A model generated the notes under the pieces. The model ran no database searches. It was not told where the DNA came from and saw only the letters and a list, made by a program, of their open reading frames with translations. Of a stretch of 64,000 nt of DNA, positions 39,901-47,987 are shown piece after piece. Numbering within the stretch: position 1 is the first letter of the stretch; the number at the start of each line of letters is the position of its first letter. The position numbers and the translations under genes were made by a program. This stretch comes from a virus (lineage: Duplodnaviria > Caudoviricetes). The DNA is taken from the IMG/VR virus record IMGVR_UViG_3300032177_000010, positions 1,135-65,134 of that record. One strand, written 5' to 3'.

Positions 39901-41884
39901 TTGATAATAGAAGATTATCAAGAGTAGCAATAAGAGTTGCAGTACCCGAGGTAAACAGGAAGCTAGCATGGCCGGGGACATAAGCTATGCTATTTATCCT
40001 AGTTACACTAGCATTATATTTAGTATTAGGAGTAGATAAATTCCAAACAGTTACGTTAGAAACTATATCATTTCCACTACGACTTACATAAGACTCGTAA
40101 GCCCAAGTTTGTCCTGCACTATAGGTTGCCCCTAAACTAGCTGTTGTATTAAAGGTTCTATGATAGGAACGTATACTTAAATTTCCATTTTCATCTATTA
40201 TTAATCCGGTTCCTTCTTGGGACCAGCCAGAAGATATGGCGCCAATATAAGATGATCCTCTACCAGACTGAAGCGCTATATAGAGGCTATCCGCCGCATT
40301 AGGTAGGACATTTAAACTGAACTCGTAATATATCTTCCACTGTTGAGGAAGTACTAAATTACCTAGAGATATTCTTTCTCCATAGTTAGCGACTTGCGCG
40401 CTAGACCCGTTTGTAGAGAAAACTCCTACGGCTGAATCACTCATAGTCCAGCCGCCAGCATTATCGGATGTTCCCCAACCATCTGCTACCGTTCTAGTAA
40501 AACTATCATATACAGAACTATATTGGGGGGTAGAATATATTAATGCTGCTGCTAGTCCATATGATTGAACATTAATCGCTTTTATCTTAGTATTAGATTG
40601 TGCATAAGACTTATATGTAGTAACAGCACCAGCAGCTATAGTTGCTTGTGCTTGAGCATAAGACTTATTTGCTAGGACTTTTATTTGGGCCAAAGATTGT
40701 CCGTATGCTTGAACAGCAATTCCTTTTATCTTAGCATTTGATTGGGCATAACCACTATTAGTTCTTGCAGGAGTCCACGCGACGTAGATCCCCATGAAGC
40801 AGACGGACGCCACGCGGGATGCTGTCTCGGGGCGCGTCACGCGCATATACGGCTGATAGTCGTATGCCCCAGCGGGGACAGGAGAGGCGATCGCATCACG
40901 CCGCTCGTTCCAGTAGTCCGTCCCGGTCGAGTAGGTGCCGAGCGCGCCGCTGCCGTGCCCGGTGGACACGTCGATGCTTAACTCGCCCACCGTGAGGGCC
41001 TCGGTGCTGTAATACGACCCGTAGGACAGAAGCTTCGCCCCGGTGGCGCTGTCCTCGCCCCACACGACGACGGATCGGGCCGCAATGGTGGTATCCGCCT
41101 CGTTGATGCCCGCATCCGCCCATGTGGTCATGTAGGCTTCGTACTTGTCGGTCGCGCCACCCGCGCCGCCCGCGTGCTCGATCTGCGTCGTGTCGCTCTC
41201 GGTGGCCGACCCTACCGGCGGGCAGTTGTTGACCGCGTCGTACAGGTTCGTCGTACCGCCGCTACCGCCGGTCCAGAGGGTGTCCCGGTACTTGTCGCTG
41301 ATCGGCAGGAGCAGGGCTACTTTGGAGGGGGCGAGGGAGGTGGTGAACTCAGCGATGATCACATCGTCGATGTAGATATCCATGGCGGATGACTCTGTGC
41401 CAGAAGCACCGAGTAACACGGTCCCCGCACTTTGCCCTTGCAGACCCACCGCTCCATTTGCCGTGGCAACGCCGTCCACCTCGATGACGTTGTCATAATA
41501 GATTGGGGCGCCCCCGAGAATGAACGACACCCAATACCACTGGCCGGTGTTTAGAGCGGCACTTGTTGTCGCTGCCAGCGTGGTCCGATCGTAAATCTGT
41601 AGCGTGCCGGTCGATGTCAGTCGAAGGTTGTTCGCGGCCACACTCCCACCGATAATCCGAGTCAAAGAGGGGAGCGTGGCTATATACAACCCGAAACCGG
41701 CCCAGTACGGCGCACTGGGTACGGAGAACGAGAAATATCCGCTCGCAGCCGACGCCGGATTGCAGCGGATCGAGCGCGTGCCTGTCCGGGCCTGAGTCGT
41801 GGAATACGCAGCCGTACCCGTCAGCGTGATGTTGTCTACCTTCTCGGCGGCAGACTCAAATCCAGTTAAGAATATTACAGCCAT
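36989..41884 (-). CDS. Giant fibre-like virion protein (1631 aa) with high-GC N-terminal domain, YAQAQ repeats and two inserted domains
   Basis: ORF track; long repeat shaft; N-terminal 'TGFE' ConA-like domain. Confidence 0.75.
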   Translation of the reverse strand: MAVIFLTGFESAAEKVDNITLTGTAAYSTTQARTGTRSIRCNPASAASGYFSFSVPSAPYWAGFGLYIATLPSLTRIIGGSVAANNLRLTSTGTLQIYDRTTLAATTSAALNTGQWYWVSFILGGAPIYYDNVIEVDGVATANGAVGLQGQSAGTVLLGASGTESSAMDIYIDDVIIAEFTTSLAPSKVALLLPISDKYRDTLWTGGSGGTTNLYDAVNNCPPVGSATESDTTQIEHAGGAGGATDKYEAYMTTWADAGINEADTTIAARSVVVWGEDSATGAKLLSYGSYYSTEALTVGELSIDVSTGHGSGALGTYSTGTDYWNERRDAIASPVPAGAYDYQPYMRVTRPETASRVASVCFMGIYVAWTPARTNSGYAQSNAKIKGIAVQAYGQSLAQIKVLANKSYAQAQATIAAGAVTTYKSYAQSNTKIKAINVQSYGLAAALIYSTPQYSSVYDSFTRTVADGWGTSDNAGGWTMSDSAVGVFSTNGSSAQVANYGERISLGNLVLPQQWKIYYEFSLNVLPNAADSLYIALQSGRGSSYIGAISSGWSQEGTGLIIDENGNLSIRSYHRTFNTTASLGATYSAGQTWAYESYVSRSGNDIVSNVTVWNLSTPNTKYNASVTRINSIAYVPGHASFLFTSGTATLIATLDNLLLSKWYSTPSAQAQSQIKTTYRSYAQAQAKIITTKQSYAQSLAHIRLTNQVWAQSNAYIKAIGITAYGQSLAQIKQTYPFGGGGAILAQDDFSPDYANLNGNPADIGGNYSVYYNDSSGTVLRSLSGHLRNSASGAGRSYYRVGTGTDGDTDHLLTWDITANGYGGLWLRGTGGNNFYCLDFGYRAEVDSTLYRRTAGVLTVLASYNIDPLAGTDTRVRISVSGVSSTSLKVRYWDQSGAEPETWAINTTDNTAGNQIAAGAFGIWGRLDTSADYSADDYLVTEIGSGVQGPTFAQAQTQVSIPIIVTVRVYAQAQTQVKATTLSYAQTQGQIKTTYRVYAQSQAQIEQIYLAYAQATAKIILSNLRVYGQAQVQIKTAYQVYAQAQSKIILSGLLAYAQAQGRVKAVYQVYAQAQTWVEQSYQGYAQVATWIEQTYRGYAQALANIKQTYQAYGQTNVKIILSGIIVYAQALARIKSIYQGYGQAQTWVEQSYQVWAQASAKIVLSNLQAYGQAQADIKTTYRIYGQANSYIKIVGINGYAQAQSQVKQVYRSYAQSQVTIKVTTLVYAQAQSKIIQTYQIYGQAQAKINAFNIQQYAQASVWLEGSFSQYAQAQVWIKTSYQSYGQAQTQIKQIYRVYAQSLAQIKTTYLVNAQANTYIKTTGLQVYAQSQAQIKQTYTGWAQANAYIRLSGLQVYGQAQVRIKTTYQVYGQAQAKLNAFNIQTYAQAMVWLEGAFTQFAQSQAKLNAFAVKAYGQSQVWVKASYATFAQAQTQIKSTYLSCAQSQAQIKSAYQVYGQSQAQIKTTYQAYAQAQSKIILSALQVYGQAQTQVKTSYVVYAQANARIIMIGLSVYAQTQTQIKATYQVFAQANTYVKVTGNVTFAQAQTQIKTTYLVYAQAQGVILASYRGYAQAQSYIAVRDIEAYAQAGATIRAIGQGYSQAEVWIYIPQIARPIADISNDGNWVGTVRD

Positions 41885-41920
41885 TTATCTTTCACCCCCA
41901 AATCTTTGGACGTAAAAGAC

Positions 41921-41963
41921 AAAAAAATAACCGAAGCAGAGATTTTAAACTCTACTTCGGTTA
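41921..41963 (-). terminator. Intrinsic terminator
   Basis: TAACCGAAGTAGAG...CTCTGCTTCGGTTA followed by T7. Confidence 0.75.
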
Positions 41964-42042
41964 CTATTCTGTTCAACTAGATCATCCCCTTGTATGGGTA
42001 AAAGTATTGAATTACTTCTTCTTTAAATATCCTTATATTATA

Positions 42043-42390
42043 TTATACTATTGGCCAAGGTTCAATACCTGTTTGTGCCATTTCCACGGCCAACTTTTCT
42101 AAGTAATGACCGGCCACGGTACCGCTACCAATAAATGCCCCGACTTCTGTACATAGTGTAATAAATCCTGCCAGCGTGCAGCCGGGAGCGTCCATTACAA
42201 GAATGCGGCAGAGTGGGCAGGATAACTCATCTCCGGGGAATGTACCAACCGGAGCAGTAGCCCAATTCTTCATGCCCGCATTCCAATACTTTCGGCCCTC
42301 ATTCTTTAAGGCTATGGGTAGAGTCGCTGCATTAATGCTGCCCGCAATCTGAGCCGCGTCCTCTGGTTCAAAGAAAATTGCAAATGTCAT
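42043..42390 (-). CDS. Hypothetical protein
   Basis: 115 aa ORF, co-oriented with neighbours. Confidence 0.6.
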   Translation of the reverse strand: MTFAIFFEPEDAAQIAGSINAATLPIALKNEGRKYWNAGMKNWATAPVGTFPGDELSCPLCRILVMDAPGCTLAGFITLCTEVGAFIGSGTVAGHYLEKLAVEMAQTGIEPWPIV

Positions 42391-42392
42391 AT

Positions 42393-42806
42393 TTATCCAA
42401 CCCTCATTCCATTATAATTAAATGTAGGATCAATTTCATGCGCGATTGCTTCAATCGCCTGTTTACCAGTCATTCCTGCACTTAGCACATTATTGATTCC
42501 ATAGTTATCTAGATAGTTATTAAATACATTTGCCTGTGGTGCAGTAAGAACAGATTCCTCTGTTAAACCAGCGGGGAATACTCTTATTGCCCCATCTGCT
42601 TCTGCGGCTGCTGTTTGTGTAGCATCTCCACCGAAATATACTAGCGCCCAACTTTCCTTGGGAGTACCATCAGTATTCCCCGGTATAAGCGCAGCGTGAG
42701 GTCCGTAGTCTCCCACAGCGGCCCTGTATGGCCCTGTAGTGGCTTCCGATCCCTCTACTATCTCTGAGGTACCGTTACCTATAATTGGACTTATTACCCA
42801 TCTCAT
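42393..42806 (-). CDS. Hypothetical protein
   Basis: 137 aa ORF with RBS. Confidence 0.65.
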   Translation of the reverse strand: MRWVISPIIGNGTSEIVEGSEATTGPYRAAVGDYGPHAALIPGNTDGTPKESWALVYFGGDATQTAAAEADGAIRVFPAGLTEESVLTAPQANVFNNYLDNYGINNVLSAGMTGKQAIEAIAHEIDPTFNYNGMRVG

Positions 42807-42814
42807 GTAATCAC

Positions 42815-43288
42815 CTAGTCTATTCCTAGTGCGCCCGTATCAAATATAGAAATCATCTTCTTAATATTCTTTCCACCAAATTCCTTGGGCATTGTTGTCT
42901 GCGCCCCGATAATCTTGGTGGCAATAGCGTTAGTCATTCTGGTAAACCAGATCGGCCTCCATACTAGGGGAGTAAACGTATTTTGTACCCAGCCTTGTTC
43001 ATCCGGTTCCGAAGATTCCATATGGGATAGAAGTCCAACAATAGTTGTTTCATCACAAATATATATAACAGACTTTGGATTATAAAGCTGTACATCGTTA
43101 TTAACGATTTCCCAGTTATCGTAGTCTATTATTAATACTCCATTAAGTAAATCTACAGCTATCTTGTGCCCAAAATCTTCTTGAAGAATAAATAATAAAT
43201 TACCTTCCTCACCCGCTTGTACTGGTCTTCCGTGGGGCGCGTCCTCTCTTAGTACTTCGTACTGCTTGTTGATTGCTACCCAGCCCAT
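42815..43288 (-). CDS. Hypothetical protein
   Basis: 157 aa ORF with GGAGGAG RBS. Confidence 0.65.
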   Translation of the reverse strand: MGWVAINKQYEVLREDAPHGRPVQAGEEGNLLFILQEDFGHKIAVDLLNGVLIIDYDNWEIVNNDVQLYNPKSVIYICDETTIVGLLSHMESSEPDEQGWVQNTFTPLVWRPIWFTRMTNAIATKIIGAQTTMPKEFGGKNIKKMISIFDTGALGID

Positions 43289-44747
43289 CCTTCTCCTCCA
43301 CTTTTACTTCTTCTACTACTTCTTCTTTAGGCGCTATTACTTCAGGCTCTTTATTCCAAATTCTTTGTTCTGGTGATCCCCAAATAAAATCAAATTCAGG
43401 GGGCTTTACATTCTCGGACGCCTTCTGTATATCTTTTTCTATTTCATCTGGTGTAAGTGATCTTTCATTTATTTCTGGATAAATAGCCATAGGTATCCAG
43501 TAAGGGACCATAGGCGGTGCCTTATAATTATCAGGTGTAATATTCTCAAGTACGTTATGCTTGTTCTTAATAGCTCTAAGTTGTATAGTCCAATTTAAAG
43601 CATTAGGCTCTCCAAACGGATTTCCTTCCTCAATTTGAATATCCTCAAAGCAATTAAGACTTTCTACTAAAGCCTTTAGTGTGTTAGGGGTAAATCCCAT
43701 CGCGTGAAAATTCTTAGGGTAATCCTGTTCTCCATACAAAGTCCATAGATCGGTACCTATTATTCTATCCATAGCTAATCTATATCCTACATGGCGTAGG
43801 TTGGGTACCGCTAAACGAAGTTCTCCACCAACTTTAAGTATTCGAACCCATTCCTTTAGAATTTGTTGAACATTATTAATGCCAAAATGCTCTAAAGTAT
43901 GTGAACTATATACTATATCAAATATTTGTTCAGGTACAGGTATACTCCTAAGATCACAAACTACGCTTGGCTTAACCTCTTCTCGGATATCGAAGGTTAC
44001 TATCTTTCCCTCATCTCTCATATAGGTACTTACGCCACCAGAGCCTAGGTCAGCAATTAATTTGCCCCCTTCTGGTCTAATTTCCCAATCAGGATGCGCC
44101 TGTGGGGCATTATGTGGCATCCCATATAACATTTTTCCGAACTTGTCATAATGAAGGGCTTGAATAGAAGTGTCTGCCCATACCTTATATCCTAATTTCT
44201 TAGCTTTCCAATAGAAGTATAAGTCCTCTGTATTATTATGTGCCTTATCGGGAACTATTCCGGGGAATGACCCATAATCAACAGAGTACCAAGGACCACC
44301 TAATTCTTTTTGCATCTTACGATAAACATCTGTCTTTACTAAAGTTAGTCCGCTTCCTGCGGCATCTATCTCTATAAAATCTCCAACGTGCCAATCCCAG
44401 TATGGTCCTTCAAGATGGCCTCTAAATAATAGAGGCATAGGTGGATTAGATTTAGCCCAATATACTCCGTTGATTATATCCCTATTCTGATAGTACATCT
44501 TTAGAAAAGAATCTGGTGGAGCAATTACATCATCATCCAGCCAATAGATATAGTGCGCTCCTTGTTGTAGAGCGTACTCAACTATTTCATTTCTAGCGTC
44601 TGCTATAGGCTTATTTAAAACAATCTTATCAACTGCACTAGAAACCAGTGGAAATTGTTGAGATAATCTAGCTTGCATAAAGTAGGTGGATACCATCCCG
44701 AAAGATGGTATCCCCACTACTACGTTAACTCCCTTAACCTTATCCAT
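43209..44747 (-). CDS. Glycosyltransferase (GT2-like) - SAM-dependent methyltransferase fusion
   Basis: N-terminal 'ARNEIV..WLDDD..GSGLTLVK..TEDLYF'; C-terminal 'DLGSG..YSSHTLEH..RILKVGG'. Confidence 0.85.
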   Translation of the reverse strand: MDKVKGVNVVVGIPSFGMVSTYFMQARLSQQFPLVSSAVDKIVLNKPIADARNEIVEYALQQGAHYIYWLDDDVIAPPDSFLKMYYQNRDIINGVYWAKSNPPMPLLFRGHLEGPYWDWHVGDFIEIDAAGSGLTLVKTDVYRKMQKELGGPWYSVDYGSFPGIVPDKAHNNTEDLYFYWKAKKLGYKVWADTSIQALHYDKFGKMLYGMPHNAPQAHPDWEIRPEGGKLIADLGSGGVSTYMRDEGKIVTFDIREEVKPSVVCDLRSIPVPEQIFDIVYSSHTLEHFGINNVQQILKEWVRILKVGGELRLAVPNLRHVGYRLAMDRIIGTDLWTLYGEQDYPKNFHAMGFTPNTLKALVESLNCFEDIQIEEGNPFGEPNALNWTIQLRAIKNKHNVLENITPDNYKAPPMVPYWIPMAIYPEINERSLTPDEIEKDIQKASENVKPPEFDFIWGSPEQRIWNKEPEVIAPKEEVVEEVKVEEKDGLGSNQQAVRSTKRGRAPRKTSTSG

Positions 44748-44758
44748 TAATTACTCCC

Positions 44759-45169
44759 TTAGACTACTGGTGGTTCTTCTGGAATTGGTTCTGGCTCTGG
44801 TTCTGGATCAGGAACAGGAACAGGATTAGGAATATCTTCGATTCCTTCTACTGTAACTCCAATCTCTCCAACTAGTTCCTGTAGTGCTAGTACCTGTGCA
44901 GGGTCAACCTGTCCAGCGACTAACTCATCAATTCTTACTGTTAGTTCTGCAATCTGTGCCTTTAGGAAAGCAAAGTCTTCTGCTACTCTGGCAACTACTG
45001 CTGCTGAGTCCAACTTTAAATCTTCAAGTGCTACTGCTAGTGTGTCTAGTACTCCCATGATTTCATCCATCCTCCGATCTAATTTTTTAAGTTTCTTTAA
45101 TGTTTTATAGTTTGTTTCGATAAAAATATCTAATCTACGTGACTTACCTTCATGGCCCCACAAATACAT
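44759..45169 (-). CDS. Coiled-coil protein with Pro/Glu-rich tail
   Basis: 136 aa, PDPEPEPEP C-terminus. Confidence 0.6.
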   Translation of the reverse strand: MYLWGHEGKSRRLDIFIETNYKTLKKLKKLDRRMDEIMGVLDTLAVALEDLKLDSAAVVARVAEDFAFLKAQIAELTVRIDELVAGQVDPAQVLALQELVGEIGVTVEGIEDIPNPVPVPDPEPEPEPIPEEPPVV

Positions 45170-45187
45170 CAGCCCCCTAACTAGGTT

Positions 45188-45298
45188 TTATTTCTTCTTC
45201 TTGCATCCTGCGGTTGCATGTGAAGTACTTCCACAATTCGCGCATCTCATTCCTTTCTTGTCATCCTTACCAAAGGGTGCTGACTTCTTAGTTACCAT
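45188..45298 (-). CDS. 36-aa basic peptide with CCHC zinc knuckle
   Basis: MVTKKSAPFGKDDKKGMRCANCGSTSHATAGCKKKK; C-x2-C-x4-H-x4-C; AAGGTG RBS. Confidence 0.6.
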   Translation of the reverse strand: MVTKKSAPFGKDDKKGMRCANCGSTSHATAGCKKKK

Positions 45299-45326
45299 TA
45301 TAGCACCTTCTTTATATGAGGGTCAA
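45297..45326 (-). promoter_or_regulatory. Sigma70-like promoter
   Basis: TTGACC-N18-TATAAT with extended TG. Confidence 0.65.
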
Positions 45327-45327
45327 A

Positions 45328-45888
45328 TTACATTTCGTCGTATTGTAGAGTAAATCCGAAATATCCACTTGTTCCAGCAGGAGCAGCAGCATTAGCACTT
45401 AACTGCAAGCATAGGAACGTTGGCATTACATATGAGTTAGCGGCTCCACCAAAGGTTGCTGTCATATTTGTTAGAGCGTTTGTTGGAGATGCTGTTGAGG
45501 CTGTGTGAGGAACTAGAGAAACGTTAGAAGCATATGCTGCTCCCGTAGGTGTTCCACTCGCCATAGAGTACTGTGTATTGCTTGTAGCAAAGATTGTAAA
45601 CGATGCTGTATTCGCAGAAGAAGCTGCTGGGTTAAACTGCCAGAACTTGACTGCTGAAATTGTATATCCTACACCGTTTGTCCAGTAGCCTTTTAGCCAT
45701 ACTGGATAAGAGTTTGATCCCGCACTTACGGGATTTGCTGTATAGGACGCAGTACCGGGACCATCTAGTGTCTCAAAGTCCCAAGACATTGAGTTTGAAG
45801 ACGATGTTGGTGTCAAACTGTATGTACTAGGAGTTGAAGAGGCTGCGTTAGAACCTGTGTACTGTGCCCAGCTAAATGTTGCTGCCAT
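45328..45888 (-). CDS. Ser/Thr/Ala-rich probable virion protein
   Basis: Start MAATF after GGAGG; beta-rich, ends 'LQYDEM'. Confidence 0.55.
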   Translation of the reverse strand: MAATFSWAQYTGSNAASSTPSTYSLTPTSSSNSMSWDFETLDGPGTASYTANPVSAGSNSYPVWLKGYWTNGVGYTISAVKFWQFNPAASSANTASFTIFATSNTQYSMASGTPTGAAYASNVSLVPHTASTASPTNALTNMTATFGGAANSYVMPTFLCLQLSANAAAPAGTSGYFGFTLQYDEM

Positions 45889-45946
45889 GTTTATACCTCC
45901 TGAAAGTATAATTGTCTTATGCCATAGTATTGAATTACTTTCAGGC

Positions 45947-45975
45947 AAAATAAAAACACCTATGTTATTAGGTGT
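45947..45975 (-). terminator. Probable intrinsic terminator
   Basis: ACACCTA...TAGGTGT followed by TTTTATTTT. Confidence 0.55.
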
Positions 45976-45990
45976 CTACTATAATACTGT

Positions 45991-46578
45991 TTATTTATCT
46001 AATTTTCGGGCAATTATTCCGTAATTCCATTGGGCGTACCCATTAACGTCCCATATATTATCTAATTTAAACTCTGGTATGTTAGCAAAATACTTTATAA
46101 TCAAAGGAACTGAGAATCCTGTTCGATGATACTCTCCCTCATGCTCTTGAGTACCAAATATCATGTCCATATCATAGCCATTAGATTGCTTCTCTACCCA
46201 CTCTAGGAAAGCATGTATTAAGTTAGGTACTATTATTCCTGCTAATCCGCCCGGTTTTAATATTCGGGCAAATTCCTTAAGCGTTGGTTGCACATTAAAT
46301 TTAGATACGTGTTCTAATGCAGAGAAACAAGTTAGTAAGTCTATACTATTATCTTCGAAGGGAGTATCCCACATATATGCTTTAACATTAACTTCGGGAC
46401 AATCTATATAAGGATCAACGCCTATAAAGGCTGAATGGATTTTCTTATCCCCACATCCCATATCCACAAATATTCCGCCCTTTAGGAAGGCTTCTTCTAT
46501 GGGGTCTTCAAATTCCTTATTAGCGGGATAGCGAGGCTCAAGAAATAATTTATTTGGATCAGTACTATAATATGTCAT
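45991..46578 (-). CDS. Class I SAM-dependent methyltransferase
   Basis: 'DMGCG', 'LEH', 'RILKPGG'; paralogous to the MTase domain of 43209..44747. Confidence 0.85.
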   Translation of the reverse strand: MTYYSTDPNKLFLEPRYPANKEFEDPIEEAFLKGGIFVDMGCGDKKIHSAFIGVDPYIDCPEVNVKAYMWDTPFEDNSIDLLTCFSALEHVSKFNVQPTLKEFARILKPGGLAGIIVPNLIHAFLEWVEKQSNGYDMDMIFGTQEHEGEYHRTGFSVPLIIKYFANIPEFKLDNIWDVNGYAQWNYGIIARKLDK

Positions 46579-46597
46579 TATCCTTCCTTAAAAAATT

Positions 46598-46675
46598 TGG
46601 GGCCGGTGAAAGGAGTCGAACCCTCAACCGTCGCATTACAAGTGCGCTGCTCTACCAGATTAAAGCTACACCGGC
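46598..46675 (-). tRNA. tRNA-Thr (TGT)
   Basis: Loop CT-TGT-AA, T-arm, CCA. Confidence 0.9.
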
Positions 46676-46684
46676 TTAAAGTGT

Positions 46685-46761
46685 TGGTAGCCCCTGTGGG
46701 AGTCGAACCCACCAAAATCTGTTTATAAGACAGACGCCTACAACCAGTTGGCCTAGGGGCT
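46685..46761 (-). tRNA. tRNA-Ile (TAT)
   Basis: TCTGT-CT-TAT-AA-ACAGA anticodon arm; AGCCCCT acceptor resembling tRNA-Ile(GAT); CCA. Confidence 0.88.
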
Positions 46762-46766
46762 ACGGA

Positions 46767-47036
46767 TTACATTTTGATATACTGCGCTCCGAAACTTAGC
46801 GTATGGAAATGGTCGCACTCTGTACAGTATTCACCATCATGTCCTTTACCTTGTTCCTCACACGGGCATACAGCGTTGGCTGTCTTATAGGGCTTATCTA
46901 GAGTAATTTTATTAATTTCTATTATTTCGCCCGATAATGTGGTCCTCGTTAAGTTACTCAGCATATTCGGCTGTATTTTGGGCGATTTTAATCTTTTTCT
47001 GAAGAAATTAAACCTTGGCATCCTATCGCCCCACAA
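46767..47036 (-). CDS. Hypothetical Cys/His protein
   Basis: 89 aa ORF; start uncertain. Confidence 0.45.
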   Translation of the reverse strand: MWGDRMPRFNFFRKRLKSPKIQPNMLSNLTRTTLSGEIIEINKITLDKPYKTANAVCPCEEQGKGHDGEYCTECDHFHTLSFGAQYIKM

Positions 47037-47173
47037 TCCTCTTCACAATAGCAGTCATCTAAGGTTCCTTCATTAAAGTCACACCAACTACAATACTCAC
47101 TAAAGTACCCTGCTGCGCTTTCAAACTTCTCAGCCTCCTCCTTAGTCCAAGGAGTGGCTTTCCACTCTCCCAT
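46988..47173 (-). CDS. Hypothetical acidic Cys-rich protein
   Basis: 61 aa ORF. Confidence 0.5.
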   Translation of the reverse strand: MGEWKATPWTKEEAEKFESAAGYFSEYCSWCDFNEGTLDDCYCEEDCGAIGCQGLISSEKD

Positions 47174-47196
47174 TAAATTTCATCTCTCCTAAGTAT

Positions 47197-47270
47197 TGGT
47201 ACCGAATAGAGGAATCGAACCTCTTCTGTCTGCGTGTAAAGCAGAATCGCTTCCGTTACAACAATTCGGC
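47197..47270 (-). tRNA. tRNA-Val (TAC)
   Basis: Loop TT-TAC-AC, T-arm, CCA. Confidence 0.88.
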
Positions 47271-47953
47271 TAGGGGGCAATACGTCCGTTATCAATCCAC
47301 GCTTTGTAGGTCATAGGCATAATGGCATCAAACATAGGTTCAATGGCCTTGGCATACATCTGTATCTCCCATTGGGCGTCCTCTCCTGTGCGAAGACTTA
47401 GAAAGTTCATCAATGACCTCGCGTTCACAGACCAGTAGTATTCAGTGTATAGATTAAGTGGTAATACCATGCGCGCCATTTCTTTAGCTAGGTCTTGCTT
47501 TAATAGAAATACGTACTCATCATACGCCATTTGGGACCACTTGATAAAACCTTCCTTTAGCCACTCAGCAGCCTTGGGATCATCTACTGGCTCTGATCCC
47601 TGCTTATTTGTAGCGCCCGACTTACGAAATCCGTTGGGAATATAGAATTCAGGTTCGAACTCTGTATACCTTCCAGACTTCTCGTTGTAACTTCCTATCC
47701 TATGTCTCTGCCATTCTCGCGCCACAAAGATAGGAACCTTTACATAGAACGTAAACAGGTTATGCTCAAATGGTGTTCCGTGACGATGCTTCATAAGATA
47801 ATTAATTAACTTCTGGTCCTGTTCCTCACCTTTGGACGCTTCCTCCGGTCCTAGGCCGTTGCTGACGCGTGCAGCGGCAACCACGGAGATATCTCCACCG
47901 TATACGTTTATTAATTTAACGAAGCCTTTGTCTAGAACCGTCTCTTCCCTCAT
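47270..47953 (-). CDS. thyX: Flavin-dependent thymidylate synthase
   Basis: 'AARVS', 'HGTPFEH', ThyX motif RHRIGSYNEKSGRY, 'AQWEI'. Confidence 0.95.
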   Translation of the reverse strand: MREETVLDKGFVKLINVYGGDISVVAAARVSNGLGPEEASKGEEQDQKLINYLMKHRHGTPFEHNLFTFYVKVPIFVAREWQRHRIGSYNEKSGRYTEFEPEFYIPNGFRKSGATNKQGSEPVDDPKAAEWLKEGFIKWSQMAYDEYVFLLKQDLAKEMARMVLPLNLYTEYYWSVNARSLMNFLSLRTGEDAQWEIQMYAKAIEPMFDAIMPMTYKAWIDNGRIAP

Positions 47954-47987
47954 ATCTTACCATATTCCTCTGACTAAGTTCAACAAC

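Noticed and set aside
31800-41884. Diversity-generating retroelement or invertible shufflon acting on the fibres
   Set aside because: No reverse transcriptase or recombinase in the window, and I saw no TR/VR pair differing only at adenines. The repeats are degenerate protein-level repeats.
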